Shown: positions 49,801 through 63,097 of the stretch, one piece after another
Position numbering within the stretch: position 1 is the stretch's first letter
Layout: the number at the start of each line of letters is the position of its first letter
From: Vicugna vicugna
Taxonomy: Eukaryota
Direction of reading: 5' to 3'
DNA: 64,000 nucleotides
Assembly (NCBI GenBank): GCA_013265495.1
Contig: MU058449.1
Span: 420,176-484,175 of the forward strand
Notes under the pieces: model-generated
Told to the model about the DNA's origin: nothing
Databases searched by the model: none
The model's input: the letters and a program-made list of their open reading frames with translations, nothing else
Translations under genes and position numbers: made by a program

Positions 49801-50682
49801 GGAGGGCCCAGAATTCCCTGTTTTAACCAAGTCCTATGCTAAGTAGAAAAATCTACCAGGGATTTCTGCCCTTTTCTAGAGATTGTTATGATTTTATGTT
49901 TAAATAATTATTGCATATACTAAGTTAGATTATTCTACTAAATTAATTTCTCTTTTTTTAGCTTGTGTAATATGGTTACTAGAAAATTTTAAGTACATGG
50001 GTGACTTACATTTTATTTCTAATAGAGAGAATCATTCTAGAAACAGTAAGGAGTGGTGGGCATTGTTCAAGGGACAGGTAAGCAATACACACTAAGTCAG
50101 CTACATCAGGGGAACATATTACATTTCCTTTGGACAAGGGGAGACTGTCAACCTCAGACAAAGAGAACTGCTTCTAGTGGTAAAGGAGGCTGGGCAGAAC
50201 TCGGGGTTTGCTTCATTGGGGCCTGCTCGTAGAAGACCATTCCAACTTTTAGAACACTCCTCAATAAATGGACTCCTAGGAGATAAATATTTCTTTAGGA
50301 TAGTCAAAAATGCTTTCTATTTCCTTACCTGGACCTTGGGCTGGGTGTTTAAAACCCGGAACTCATTATTACCTTTATCCAAGTTCTTCAGCTTATTTGT
50401 CACAAAAAGCCAAATCCACACTCTCTTTATTCTTATGGAAATCTTCTTTGGCAGAAATACTTGGACATTCAAAGCCTTGCCTTTTTTAAGCACTTGATTA
50501 AGGCTGTCTAGAGGTGATGATAAATGTAACAGTTTTGTCAATGCCCTTCATACACCACGAATGTCCTCTTTATCAACAGCAGTGGAGGCCTTAATGACCT
50601 TAGCTAATCAAATAAGGAACTAATCCCAGATTTCCATTTTTAAGAATATTTTGCCCAGGAACCACTTTTGGTATATATACTT

Positions 50683-51220
50683 ATGTCAGCCTGGATTCAG
50701 AACTGCTGTGTGTATAAGGAGTAAAGACAGGAATCGATACAAGTTGGAAGAAGCTAGAAAAGATTTGAAAATAAATTTACTAAACAGATTATTTATGCAT
50801 GAATGAGTTGCTTTTGCAGAAACTAGGTACATTCAGTTTCTGGGACGGAACTGTAAGGAACTGGGTGTAGAAATTTGTGGAAGGTGATTTGTTATCCACA
50901 GCTACTGGACCTTGTATCTGCAGTAAAGTATCTAGTGCTGGACTTGTGATCACTGTTGGTCAGGAGGGTTTGTTGCCTTCGAGAGCTGGACGTGGAGCTG
51001 GGGGAAGTGAGGAGAAATTAGAATCCTCTAGTATCACTGTGTTTATCCATCGTTGCCTTTAAGTTGAACATTAGAAAATAATGGCTGACTTTTCACATTT
51101 GCTCTCGCACCTTATGCATTTATTATGTAACCAACTCTAAGCTGGAAGCTTGAAGGGAAGAGAATTCCTGGAAACAGAGTGCTGGTTTAGCTAAGTAGTC
51201 ACAGTACAAAATCACCAAAG
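50683..51220 (-). mobile_element. Degraded ERVL-type LTR
   Basis: Ends gggaagagaattcctggaaac...ttagctaagtagtcacagtacaaaatcacca, like old ERVL LTR termini. Family uncertain. Confidence 0.4.
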
Positions 51221-51874
51221 GACACTTGATCATCTGTGCTTATCTCAGTGTCGTGCATAGTTAATTATCAGTTGATATTTTAAGAAATGAATACGTTGTT
51301 TAAATGAACCCAAGGATAAATTAACTCAGAATTCCATGAGGATATTTTTAACAATTGCAGAATGACAACAGTTTTTTTTAAACAAATTATTGTAAAGAAC
51401 AAAAGAAGAGCAAATAAATTATTGAAGGATAATCAGCTATAAAAGTTATTCAAATACATCATAAATCTGTAGTGATGAAAATATTGTGATACTAGTCCAA
51501 GAATAAACAGACAAGCTGATTATATTACTAAAAAGCAGATTCTTGTACAAATCGAAATTCAATTTGAAGAAAAAATAAGTACAATTAAGTTCTGAAGTGT
51601 TGAGTTATTAGATCAATTATGTTATAAAAACAAGTTAGGAATGGAAACAGAGAAGTAGTTAATTTTCCTACCCTACATTTGACACCAAAATGAATTACAA
51701 TTAGATTAGAATGAAATGTAAAAATGAATGCATAAACATAAATACACATACACAAATCCCAAGGAATAGATGTTGGAATGTTAGTATATAATAAAGCAAT
51801 GCAAAACCAGAAGTCTGAAAGCTATTGGAGGCTGTGCTATAGGTAATATATCTGTAATGATTTCATTATAAATT

Positions 51875-52036
51875 TAATCTACCAGATAAACAACAAAGTC
51901 CTACTGTATAGCGCAGAGAACTATATTCAATACCTTGTAATGCCATATAATAAAAAAGAATATATATGTAAAAATGAATCACTATGTTGTATACCAGCAA
52001 TTAACATATTGTAAATTGACTATATTTCAATAAAAA
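51875..52036 (+). mobile_element. Older artiodactyl-type L1 3' end fragment
   Basis: agataaacaacaaagtcctactgtatagc...aactatattcaataccttgtaat...gaatcactatgttgtatacca...ttgtaaattgactatatttcaataaaaa. Same 3'UTR type as 7520-7700. Confidence 0.75.
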
Positions 52037-53147
52037 TTTAGACAAAAATTTAATCTACCATATAAAAATAAAGTAAATATAAAGAGTTCATAGGAAAGTG
52101 TTAACATGCAAAATGCATTCAAATAACTCTGTGATGAGACTTTTAGGAAGCTAGGCAAAAAATTTGGTGAAGTGGGAAGAAAATTACAATAAATAAGGAA
52201 CAAATACAAGAAGCAAGAATATGATCTATTCAATCAGTAACCTACTACCTAACAATTCTAAGTATACAACCTTTAGAAAATGTTCAAATATGCACAAAAG
52301 TATGTCACAACATTGATTCTAAATTAAAAGTAACTAAAATATTATACATATCACCAAAAGTTGAAGAGATAAGTAAAATGCAAATGAAAGGTTCTACTAC
52401 ATTTAAAAAGGAAATAACTATATCCCACATGTATCAACACAGATAATCTCTAAATTTAATATTAAGTGCAACAATTGTCTGTGAAATAATACACAGTACA
52501 TTACCATATGAATTAAAAATTAAAATTCCATGTCCACTTTCCCCCACTGAAATTATTGAATTTAAAATGATAAATTTAGACTCTAAGAAAGACTTTTTAA
52601 AAAGCATGTGGTAGTCATTCTGTCTCTGAGGATGAGAAAGAAAAAAAAAACTGAAACTAGATTGGAGTAGTAGTCATAGGTTATTTCAACTTAAATCCCT
52701 CATATATTTGATTAAAAATACCATTTAAGATAAATAAATCATAGTAACAATAGTTTTTAATTCCACGTTATGGAAACAGAGTGCTTTGTTGTATGTTTCC
52801 TTGTCTTACTTTTAAGCTGAGAGAAAAATAGAGACCTTAAAATCTAGGGAGGAAAAGCAATGTTAACAAGAATAATGATAGGAAAGGTCATTGCTTGGAC
52901 TATTCACACTCACTCAAAATGAAGTAATGCAAACAGTTCTCACTGTCACAGTAGAAATGAGTCCTTGAACTTAAAATATTTTGAAGACTATTCCAACCAC
53001 AGAATCAATAGGGAGCCAAGATCAAATAAATCCCCTGGAATGGAATTGGCAGCACTAAATTTTGACAGAGAAAGGTCTTTGCGCAAAGAACAAACCAACA
53101 TTTCTTGCTGGATCAAGATGCTTCTTAAACAAAGGAGGCAAGGGTCC

Positions 53148-54083
53148 TTATTTTTTAATAAGCACACAGAGTACTCGCTCTCGTATCTGTTTGGTCCTCA
53201 CACCATAGTTGATGGGGTTGAGTGAAGGTGGGATAACCAAATAGAGGTTGGCAACAAGAATGTGAATGTAGCGGGGTATGCTGTGTCCAAATCGGTGAGT
53301 GAGGAAAGAGAAGACTGAGGGGATATAGAAAACACAAATGACCCCAACATGGGAGCCACACGTGCTTAGGGCTTTTAGCCTTGCATCTTGGGATGGGAGG
53401 CGAAAGACAGCACGGAGAATGTAAATATAGGAGACGCCAACAAGGACTAGGTTCAGGAGAAAGAGAGAGACCACGAAGAGCCCATAGATACCATTGATGC
53501 GGATGTTTCCACAGGACAGTTTTGCAATGCCCATGTGCTCACAGTAGGAATGAGCTATCACATGGGCCTGAGAAAAGGGTAGGCGGTAGATGAGATAGAT
53601 CATGGGAAGTGTCAGCAGGACTGGACGAGTTCCAATGCACATGCTGATGCCCACCAGCACCCGGGAAGTCAGGATGGTCGTGTAGTGGAGTGGAGCACAG
53701 ATTGCTACATAGCGGTCAAAGGCCATGGCCACTAGGACCTCAGCCTCCATGCCAGTGAAGGCATGGATCAGGAACATCTGGGCCACACAAGCCCCAAAGT
53801 TAATATCATGAGCATCAAGCCAGAAGATACCCAGCATGCGAGGGACAGAGGTTGTTGAAAGGGCCAAATCAATGGTTGAAAGGATGGCTAGAAAGTAGAA
53901 CATGGGTTCCCGGAGTGTCTGCTCCATCTTGATGACTAGCAGAATTGTGAGATTGCCCAGTAAAGCCACAAGGTAAACAGAGCAGAAAGTCAGGGAGATC
54001 CAGGCATGGACCTCTTCCAGGCCTGGGATTCCAATGAGGTAAAATGTGGTTGGGTGAAAAAAACTCCTATTGTGATAAAACAT
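53148..54083 (-). CDS. OR52J3: Olfactory receptor 52J3-like (copy A), open frame, 311 aa from MFYHNRS
   Basis: [74 protein letters not shown] and THRFGH match the recalled human OR52J3. Strong acceptor ttttttttccctcctcctAG at 54120-54119. Which copy is the true orthologue is unresolved. Confidence 0.9.
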   Translation of the reverse strand: MFYHNRSFFHPTTFYLIGIPGLEEVHAWISLTFCSVYLVALLGNLTILLVIKMEQTLREPMFYFLAILSTIDLALSTTSVPRMLGIFWLDAHDINFGACVAQMFLIHAFTGMEAEVLVAMAFDRYVAICAPLHYTTILTSRVLVGISMCIGTRPVLLTLPMIYLIYRLPFSQAHVIAHSYCEHMGIAKLSCGNIRINGIYGLFVVSLFLLNLVLVGVSYIYILRAVFRLPSQDARLKALSTCGSHVGVICVFYIPSVFSFLTHRFGHSIPRYIHILVANLYLVIPPSLNPINYGVRTKQIRERVLCVLIKK

Positions 54084-54552
54084 CCTTCCAAACAACAGAG
54101 TAGGAGATGTTGTCACTCCTAGGAGGAGGGAAAAAAAAGTTGAGTAAGAAATAGTTATGAAAATGATTACCTTAGTGCTTCTATATATGGTGAACATGAA
54201 AAAGTTTGCTATTTCGAAGGTTAGATTAATTTTCTTTTTAATTTCTAAATTGAACCATTCTCATTTGAATGGGCATGTCTCAAAGGGCTTAATCCTTATA
54301 CAGATTTAATCCTAATTTTTTTAACATGTAAGGTTTATCAGCATACCCTTGGCAGAGTTATTAGATATAGGACATAATATTATGTATGGAATAATTTAGT
54401 ATTCCCTGTATCTTTCGTGAAGTCCTTCTCTAAAGAGGGGCACATGAAAAATCAACGATACACATATGGAAATACAGGCATAACCCAAAAGGAGACAGAT
54501 AGATGAGAAAGTAAAGTCATAGGCACAAATGTACGACACTCTCATACTTAGA

Positions 54553-54634
54553 AAAACCTGAAATTATCTAATGATCCATTCATCATTTATTGAAAACCCA
54601 GAAACTTTCTAATGATCCACTCATCATTTATTGA
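54553..54634. repeat. Two-copy ~41-bp direct tandem repeat
   Basis: aaacctgaaattatctaatgatccattcatcatttattga followed by aaacccagaaactttctaatgatccactcatcatttattga. Confidence 0.8.
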
Positions 54635-55396
54635 CACAGAGAAAATACCAAAACCATACCTAATATCCTGTTAAAAAGACTGCAACAAAGTATCAGAGAT
54701 ACATATTATCACAAAGAAAAGCTCAGTCACTCTGGAGCACACACTGGCTAGTCACATACCTCCATACTTGACAGAGCCCAGAAAGAAATATAATAATAAA
54801 CTTTTGTAGATTTTCATTGATGTCTCTATTTTCCCAAGACCATTCTATTTCATAGAGGCTCATTTTTTAGTGCTATGGTTGTGGTGGTTTCTAGTGGTAT
54901 TTGAAAACTTCTTCATTCACTTTCCACTCTACATCAGGTCCTCAGAGAAAACCTGCTCATTTTACCACTGCTGCAGGACTAGCTAGTACTTGGTTCACTC
55001 CTTCTGCCTGATTAAGACACTGGAAATGTGAGTACAGGACAACCCAGAAGGCTTCAGGTTGTTATGGACCTGAGGAAGGCATTTTTGAGCATCACAAAAC
55101 TGTCTGGAATAACAAAATCTAACAGAAGAGAGAATTACTTTCTATAATTGTCTAAAGGAAATAGAGAAGTGTGCTTTCGCAATGCCTTCAAAATGATGGA
55201 GAAGCAGTCAGGAGAAGCCCCATAAACTCAAATAATGAAATAAAGTGCCTTTCTCTGAATCTCTAACTTAAGGCAGAGTAATCCAAGATCAGGAGAAAGA
55301 AGCACAGACTTCTGTTCTTATCCTTTATGTAACTCCATATTTCCATGGGAAATACATCTGGGTGAAAAAATAAATGTTATATATGTTCTGAAGTTT

Positions 55397-55427
55397 GAGA
55401 GTGAGTGTGTGTGTGTGCATGTGTGCA

Positions 55428-55460
<33 letters not shown>

Positions 55461-55485
55461 TGGAGGGAGAAAAAGAGAGAGAGAG
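55397..55485. repeat. Compound (GT)n(GA)n microsatellite
   Basis: Directly visible. Confidence 0.85.
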
Positions 55486-56609
55486 TTGTATTTTGTAATG
55501 CTCCCATATTTGTGTTTTTTAAAAACTGAAACTTCCAGGTAATGGTCATTGCCCACTGGCAGGGTGCTGGCCAAAACCAAGCCTTCTAGACTTCATGATG
55601 CCTACCTTTGGTTCATCTCTGAAAATTAACCCTCAATAACATGCCACTTCTAACCTCAGATTTCCATCATGCTTCATAAGTCCACGTCATCCAATCCCTA
55701 TCACCTATAGCAGAAGCAGAAATTCTATTTTATCAACCATTTTGTGAATAGATTTTCAATGCCTTGCATCTTCTAGATATTTTTAGATACTCAATCTCTA
55801 TTTAAAAGTTGCAAGATTTTCCCCACTGTTAGATCCAGAAATTGGACTACTACATCATGTATATTGTATCAAGGAGGCAGTTCTCAGCCACCAGTGATTA
55901 TCTCTCTCATTTGACTGCAACACATACGTAAATCAAAGGAAAATTCACCCATGATACTTCATTCTTCCACAGGAATAGAGACACAAGGTGATGATCAAGC
56001 AGTAAAAAAATCTATGCCCGTTTTTTTTTAATATAATCCAAAGAGAGAAATTTTATATTAAAGTTCTAGCTGCTTATAGCATTGGAAAAAACAAGTTAAC
56101 TCAGTTTTCTATTGTAAATGGTGCCTTGAGATCGAATCCTCTGAGATTGCTGACAAAATCCTTAGACTATGGTTTAGAAAAACAGAAGCTCAAGAAAAAG
56201 TAACACAAATAGGAAATTATGTAGAGAAAATTATAAATGTGGTACCAAAGCACAGATATGATCATTTGTATATAGCAGAGAGAGAAACAGTCATGTCCCT
56301 CTAGGTAAGATTTTGCAGTCAAATTCTAAGGACTGCTGTTTTCCAGATAAAATAGTACTTAATCCATATTCTAAGTTCAAACATAATTAACCTAGCATGA
56401 GAGACTCCATTTTCAGACTTAATTCTCTCTGTCCCCCTTCATTGACTGGGTGTTTTAGGTTCATTGAATGCTTAGCTCTATGGATTCCAACCTGTGAGTC
56501 TTTTGTCCCACTGTCCTCAGTCGATGATTGTTCCTCTCTCTCTTCCCCTTTGACAATTATTCATATCTATATCACAGAGGCCATAGAGAGAAGTAGTAAA
56601 AATAACCAA

Positions 56610-56830
56610 CCCTGAAACTGACCTGATTCAGTTCAAATACTGGATTCCCATGTAGTGGCAACATCACCACGAGTGATTTATTAATATCTCTATGTCTCAG
56701 AACCCTCAACTGGAAAATTAGGGATGATAATAGTACCAACAGCAATGGATATTTCGAAGAATAAATCAAGTAGTGAATATCAGGCATTTGGTACAATACC
56801 TGGCACATTTGAAGTGGTTAATTAAAATAG
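56610..56830 (+). mobile_element. MIR SINE remnant
   Basis: gttcaaatactggattccca...atttattaatatctctatgtctcag...ctggaaaattagggatgataatagtacc...aatacctggcaca. Confidence 0.6.
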
Positions 56831-57949
56831 AATTTAGCTCACAAAACCACCTTCATAAACCTTGGACCTATAATAAACCATACTGAGAAATCTCTCATGA
56901 CATTAAGTCTATTAACATTTGGTTTGAGAGTTCTCATTTATCTTAAGGATTTTTTCTTTAGTTTTTTAGTCAAATTATGTATATATATAAATATATATAT
57001 TTCTTATTCTCACTATAATAAATTTATTTTGAGTGGAAGAATCCTATCTCTACTGCACACTTAAGCAAATATCTTAGATAATACTTAAAAAAAAAGCATA
57101 TTATCAGCCTTAAGATTTAAAACACAGACTATAAAGCATGAAGTTAAATCCTTTTGACTCTTGTCTTTCCATTCAAACCTGAGAGTAGAATCTCTGGAAA
57201 TTTAAAATTTCCATATATGTGTATAGATATGTATATACATGTATATATTTATGAGTGTATATATTCAAATATGTATATTTAAATACATTTTTCAAATATA
57301 TATTTGAATATGAGATTTTCTTGGAGCTCAGTTATATACATATATGTGTATATACATGTATATGTATGTATGTATAGTATTGAATATATGTATATCCAAA
57401 TATATTTTTCAAGTAAAATTTTGAATATGGCATTTTCTTGGAGATCATGGTATGTAACTGATAAGTTCAATTGAAGTTAATTTTAGGACATGAGCTGAGA
57501 AACATTAGACAAAGTCATACCCTTTTTTTACTGGTTGGGAATGAAGAAGCATCTATTTCTGAGTAGTTGCTGGTAGATGTCTCAGAATCATGCAAGAGCC
57601 AGCCTTAGAATCAAGATGAGTCACAGAATGTAAACCCTGAAACACTGAAAGAAACTTGTTCCTTGGTATCAAAAAAATAAGACCAACTTCTTAACTTATC
57701 TGTGACAAGGAACTCAAACCAACATTTTTATTTTGTTTTAAGATGTGACGAAATTCCCTTTAATGTTTAAGTAAGTAAGATCAGGTTTTTGTTTTGTTTT
57801 ATTTTCTTACTTATAATTCACAATGTCTTAAAGATCACACTTAACCACATTTTTCCCTATGAAACCTTCTTATCAGGGGCCCTTATCCCCTTGCTCTAGT
57901 TAAGGCTGCTTTTATTTAATGTGTTATTAAGTAAGAGGTTTACACAAGA

Positions 57950-58150
57950 TATCTTCAAAATGCTTTTTACTTTGTTAATCTCTTTAATCCTCAAAACAGC
58001 TCTGTGACATAGATCTTAGGCTTATTTCCATTATACAGATGGAAAACTTGAGCTATAGAAAAATTTAGCAACTTTCCTAAGGATGTACATCTAGAAAGTC
58101 ACAAAGATCGAATTTGAACCCAAATGTCTGATTCCAAACTCTGTGCTGTT
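57950..58150 (-). mobile_element. MIR SINE remnant
   Basis: tttaatcctcaaaacagctctgtga...ccattatacagatggaaaac...actttcctaagg...gaatttgaacccaaatgtctgattccaaa. Confidence 0.65.
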
Positions 58151-58864
58151 ATTCAATATATTATACCATCTCCTTTTTCTGTTTAGTTTAATCTTGAGCC
58201 TATTTTGTTTCAATAAGCCTATAGAAGTTTCCAGAAGCATACTGTAAGGTCTTCACTTACCATGTGCTTGTAACTACAAACACACCTGAAAATATATGTA
58301 TGTGAGGTTGGCACTGCTTCTGCTGAGTGCCTGCTAAGGCACCTCAACCCTACCCTTCATTTCAGCGAGTGGGTCTCTCTAACCATAGTAATGGTTCTGG
58401 TTTCTTATTTTCAGAGATAGTTGGGAGGCTGAGGAGTTGATATCCACACTATCAACTAGCCTGCATGGTTCTGCTTGAACTTGCATTCTGACTCATGATG
58501 TGTGATCGTGTCTCTTTTTCATGTTCCCATTTATTGGGTGCAGAAGACAATCGCAGGCTTATTCTGATACTGCCTGCAGTCAACCTACATTGTTCCATAC
58601 TATCACAATGTAGTACAAACTACGTTGTTCTGTTTTGGTCCTATTTAGAAGAGGAACCTCAGAACTTATTGCAAAGGGTTATGGGAAAATGGGTGGGAAT
58701 TACTTTTATGAAGAGAATAAAAATTTCCCCATGTGAAGAAATGGATGGAATGTCCTCATTAAGCCACATGTTACTTTCTCAGCCAGCCTTCTGATTCTCA
58801 CTCTGGATTTACTCCTGAGATATCAAACACTGAATTGGAAACAACTCTGCCCCTAGGTCAGAAA

Positions 58865-59838
58865 AGGAGTCCTATGCATGTTGCCAAGCAGCTAGAAGAC
58901 ACTAAAATCACCTCCTCCTAAGGGCACATCAAAATTACAACTATTTACAGAGCAACTATTTATGAGAATGACTAGCAGAAAGTACTTTCTAGAACTAAGG
59001 ATAAAGAGCTCAATGAGATAGGTAGGAGGGGTGGAGATGAGGTATAGTCAGGATTCACATCCCAGGTAGGGGACCCACAAATGTGAAGAATATTATAACC
59101 ACAGTAGGTCTTCCCCAAAGAGTGAGGAGTCTAAACCCCACGTTGGACTCCCAAGCCAGGAGTTCAGCACTGGGGAGAGGAGCTCCCAGAAAGTCTGACT
59201 TTGAAAACCAGAGAGGCTTAACTTTGGGAGAGCTGGAGGGCTATAGGAAACTGAGAATCTGCTCTTAAATGCACATACGAAATCTCACATTCTCCATGTC
59301 TCAGCATAGAGGCAGTAATTTGAAAGGAGCCTGGGTCAGACCCACTTGCCGACCTTGAACAGCCCCCTAGAGAGGAAAGAGGCAACTGGGACTCCCCGGA
59401 GACAGGAAAGCTGGCAGCAGCTATGCTTAGGAACTCATTCAGTGGCGATGACCATGGCACTAGCAAGCACCATTTTGGAATTCTCCCTCTAGCCTGTTAG
59501 TGTCAGGCATTTTCCCTGCCCACCAGCAGGCCTGCAACCGCCACATGCCCCTGGCCAGCTGTATGTGGATCCTGCCCTGAATATCAGCAGGACTGATCAG
59601 TTAGCCAGTCGAGGAAGGCCTGTCCCAACCTCAGCAGGCCTGCAGCCACCACATGAAACAGGGCAGCACGTCCAAATGGGTCAGAAGCCAGCCTTGTTTA
59701 CCAGTGTGCCACAGTACTTAGCACCCTTACAACAGAAATACACACAGCCCACATAAGGGGCACCCCTAGCGCATATAGTTCTAGTGATCAGAGGGGAGCA
59801 TGCTCTTGAGCCCCACAGGTCATCTTCTACATAAGGTC
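58865..59838 (+). mobile_element. Old L1M 5'UTR fragment
   Basis: catcaaaattacaactatttacagagcaactat...aagagcccc/agaaagtctgactttgaaaacca...caccattttggaattctccctctagcc resemble old L1M 5' ends. Family from recall. Confidence 0.6.
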
Positions 59839-59859
59839 ATTGTGTTAGTGAATGGAATT

Positions 59860-61387
59860 CTCTACATAGCAAAAATGTAAATTCTCCCCAAACTAAACTA
59901 TATTTTAATTCAGTTTTTACCAATAAATCAGCAAGTTTTTTTGTAGACATAGACAAGATCATTGTACATTTTATATTGAAAGACACAGGTCTTTTAACAG
60001 CTAAAATATGTTGACAAAATTAAAAAGTGAAAGGGATCAGTTTACCTGACATTAAGCTTACTACCTGCAGTAATCAAGACAATTAGCAATTATTGGAAGG
60101 ACAGATTCATAGATCAATGAAACAGAACAGATAACTCATAAATAGATCCACATAAATATGCTGAAATAATTTTTGACAAAGATGCAAAAGCAATTCAGTG
60201 GAAGAATAGGCTTTTCAACAGATGTTGCAGGAGCGTATGTAGGCAGAAAAATTAACCTTTAACTAAACCTTAAATATTATACAGAGATTAAGTCAATATG
60301 GATCATAACATAAATGTTAAATGTAAAACTATAAAATTTAGAAAATAGCAGAAGGGAAAATCTTAGAGGTCTAGGCCTCGGCCAAGAGTTCTTACATTTA
60401 GCACTAGAAATATGACTCATAAGAAGAAAAGTTGATAAATTAGATTTCATCTTTTTTTTTAGAAATGGCTTTTGCCTGTGAGGAGAATGAAAAGACATCC
60501 CAAAGAGACCCCAAAAAATTATAAATATTTCCACTTATTTCATAAAGGATATGTAAGTAACTCAAAATCCAACAATAAGAGAAGAAACATCCCAATTAGA
60601 ATATGTGCAAAATACTTGAAGAGACATTTTATTCAAGAAGATATACCAATGGCAAATAAGCAAAATAGAAGTTGTTCAACATCATTACCCTCCAGTGAAA
60701 TGCAAATTAAAACATCTATGGGATATCACTGTACATTCAGCAGAATGGCTAAAATAAAAAGTGGCAGCTCCAAATGCTGGTGACCACATGTAGAATCCAG
60801 ATTACAAATAGTTTGCTGGTGAGAACTAAAATCACAGCTGCTTTGGAAAAAAAGTTTGGCAGTTACTTATAAAACTATATATACAGTTACCATATGACCC
60901 AACAATCAAACACTTGGACATTTATCCAAGAGGAATTAAAGCATATGCTCACACAAAAGCCAGTACATGAATGTTCATAGCAGTTTGTAATAACCAAAAA
61001 CTGGAGTCAGCACAGATGTCTATCAGTAGGTGAATGGTTAAACAAATTGTGGTACATAGCACCACGGCCTATCATCAAGGAAAAATAACAGACTCTTGGT
61101 ACATACAATAACCTGGATAAACTTCCAAAGAATTATGCTGAATGATAGAAGATAACCCTTAAAAATTATACACTGGATGATTCCATTCATATAACATTTT
61201 TGAATATAAAAAATTATAAGTGAAGGAAACATTAGTGGTTGCAGGGGGTAAGGTATAAGGGTTTTGATTGATTGATTACAACAATGCAGCAAGAGGGATT
61301 TTTGTTCTTGGAACTGTTGACAGTGGTGAATACACAATCTATACATGTGATAAAATTCCATAGACTATACATTCACGTGCATGCACG

Positions 61388-61438
<51 letters not shown>

Positions 61439-61635
61439 CAAGGTTAAACTGTGGAAATCTGAGTAAGATAGATGGATTGTATCAATGTCAGTATTTAGAT
61501 TATGAATATTATACTACAGTTTGCTAAAATATTACCACAGAGGGAAATTGACCAAGGTATAAAAGAGATCTTCTCTTTATTTCTTACAACTGCATATGAA
61601 TCTATATTTACCTCAAAAAATTCATTAACAATAAA
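59860..61635 (+). mobile_element. Degraded L1MC-type ORF2 3' part and 3'UTR, containing (CA)n at ~61392-61434
   Basis: ORF2-like remnants (AKYLKRHFIQEDIPMANK...EMQIKTSMGYHCT) and a 3'UTR ending tttcttacaactgcatatgaatctata. Confidence 0.8.
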
Positions 61636-61849
61636 TGAAACACCATTTCCTGTTACCTATTTTCTATTTTGACTTTTCAAAATTCTCTTCAACACATTTT
61701 ATAGTTTTATGTTTCCATGTGGGATAGTTTTTCTTATCCCAATGACCTCTTATTATTATTGCCTTTATTACAGCTCTGCTAATGTAGTATGACCTTAGCT
61801 TTTGTGTATTTGACATTGTTTTTATTTTGAACTCAGTTTTTTCATTTTA

Positions 61850-62815
61850 ATTTTTAAAATTTTCTGATAGCATTTTTAGGTATAATTAGCATACTGTAAT
61901 CTTTACAAATTTTAATTCTACTATTTGAGAGGCTTTGACATATGTATACAAACAACCATGCAGCCATCACCACAATTAAGATGTTCTGCACATACAAACA
62001 TTTTCTGATGTCCTTCTGTAATTCGTCCCACCTTTCCACCCTTGCTTGATTTATTTCCAGATCAGTCATCTATTTTCTGTCATCATACATTAGTCTAACT
62101 TTTCTACATTTTATCTGAATAATATCATAAAGTTTATATTATTTTAAAAATATCTTTATCAAGATATAATTCATATACAATGAAATTCACTCTTTTAGTG
62201 TACAATTCAGTGGTTATTAGCGTATTCACAGAGCTGTAAAACTATTACACTATATAATTTCAAAATAGTTTCATTACCCAAAAAAGAAACCCTAACTTTG
62301 GCAGTCATTCCTTAGCGTCCCATCCCTACAACTATTAATCTACATTCTGTCTCTGTGGATTTGCCTATTCTGGATATTTAATACAAATAGAATCATACAA
62401 ATATGGCCTTTGATGTCTGATTTCTTTCACAGCATGTTTTCAAGGTCCATTCATTTTGTAACATGTATTAGTTCATATCTCTGTTTATGCCCAAATAGTA
62501 TTTCATCATATGGCTATAATGCATTTTGTTTATCCATTGATCAGTTAATGGGCATTTTGGTTGTTTCTAATTTGGGGCTATTATGAATAATGCTACTATG
62601 AACGTTTATGTCCAAGTCTATTTTGTGGGCATATGTTTTAAATTCTCTTGGCTATATATACCTCAGAGTGGAAATGCAAGATCATGCAGTCAGCCTATGC
62701 TTAAAATTTTGATGAACAGCCAGTGTTCTCCAAAGTGGCTAAACCATTTTACAATCCCACCACAAATTTTCAAAGATTTCAATTCTTCACATCCTCACCA
62801 ATACTTGTTATTCTT
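61850..62815 (-). mobile_element. Old L1MB/L1ME 3' fragments
   Basis: tctttatcaagatataattcatatacaatgaaattcac...tctgtctctgtggatttgcctattctggata...ttggggctattatgaataatgctactatgaac. Confidence 0.7.
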
Positions 62816-63097
62816 TCCCCAGAAAAAAAAGAATCTTATGCTATCAAGACCCTGTGTGAAGACATGCAGATAGAGGTGACACAGCTCCCTTTCAGGACAG
62901 CCCATTAGCCTTTGAATGAGAGATCTAATGAAGTTCCCACAAGTCTTAGAATCCATTAGTCAGCACTTAGAAACAAATCAACTTGTATTGCAATCTGGCA
63001 GCCATAAATTAGAACCGTGAGATACTTGTTAAGGCAAGAACACAAAAATCTTCCTAGAGGTATTGAAATCCTTAGTAAAAGAATGCAGCCAGGTGTC

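Noticed and set aside
57210..57455. Imperfect ~120-bp duplication within (TA/TG)-rich DNA
   Set aside because: Ordinary slippage-type duplication in low-complexity sequence.
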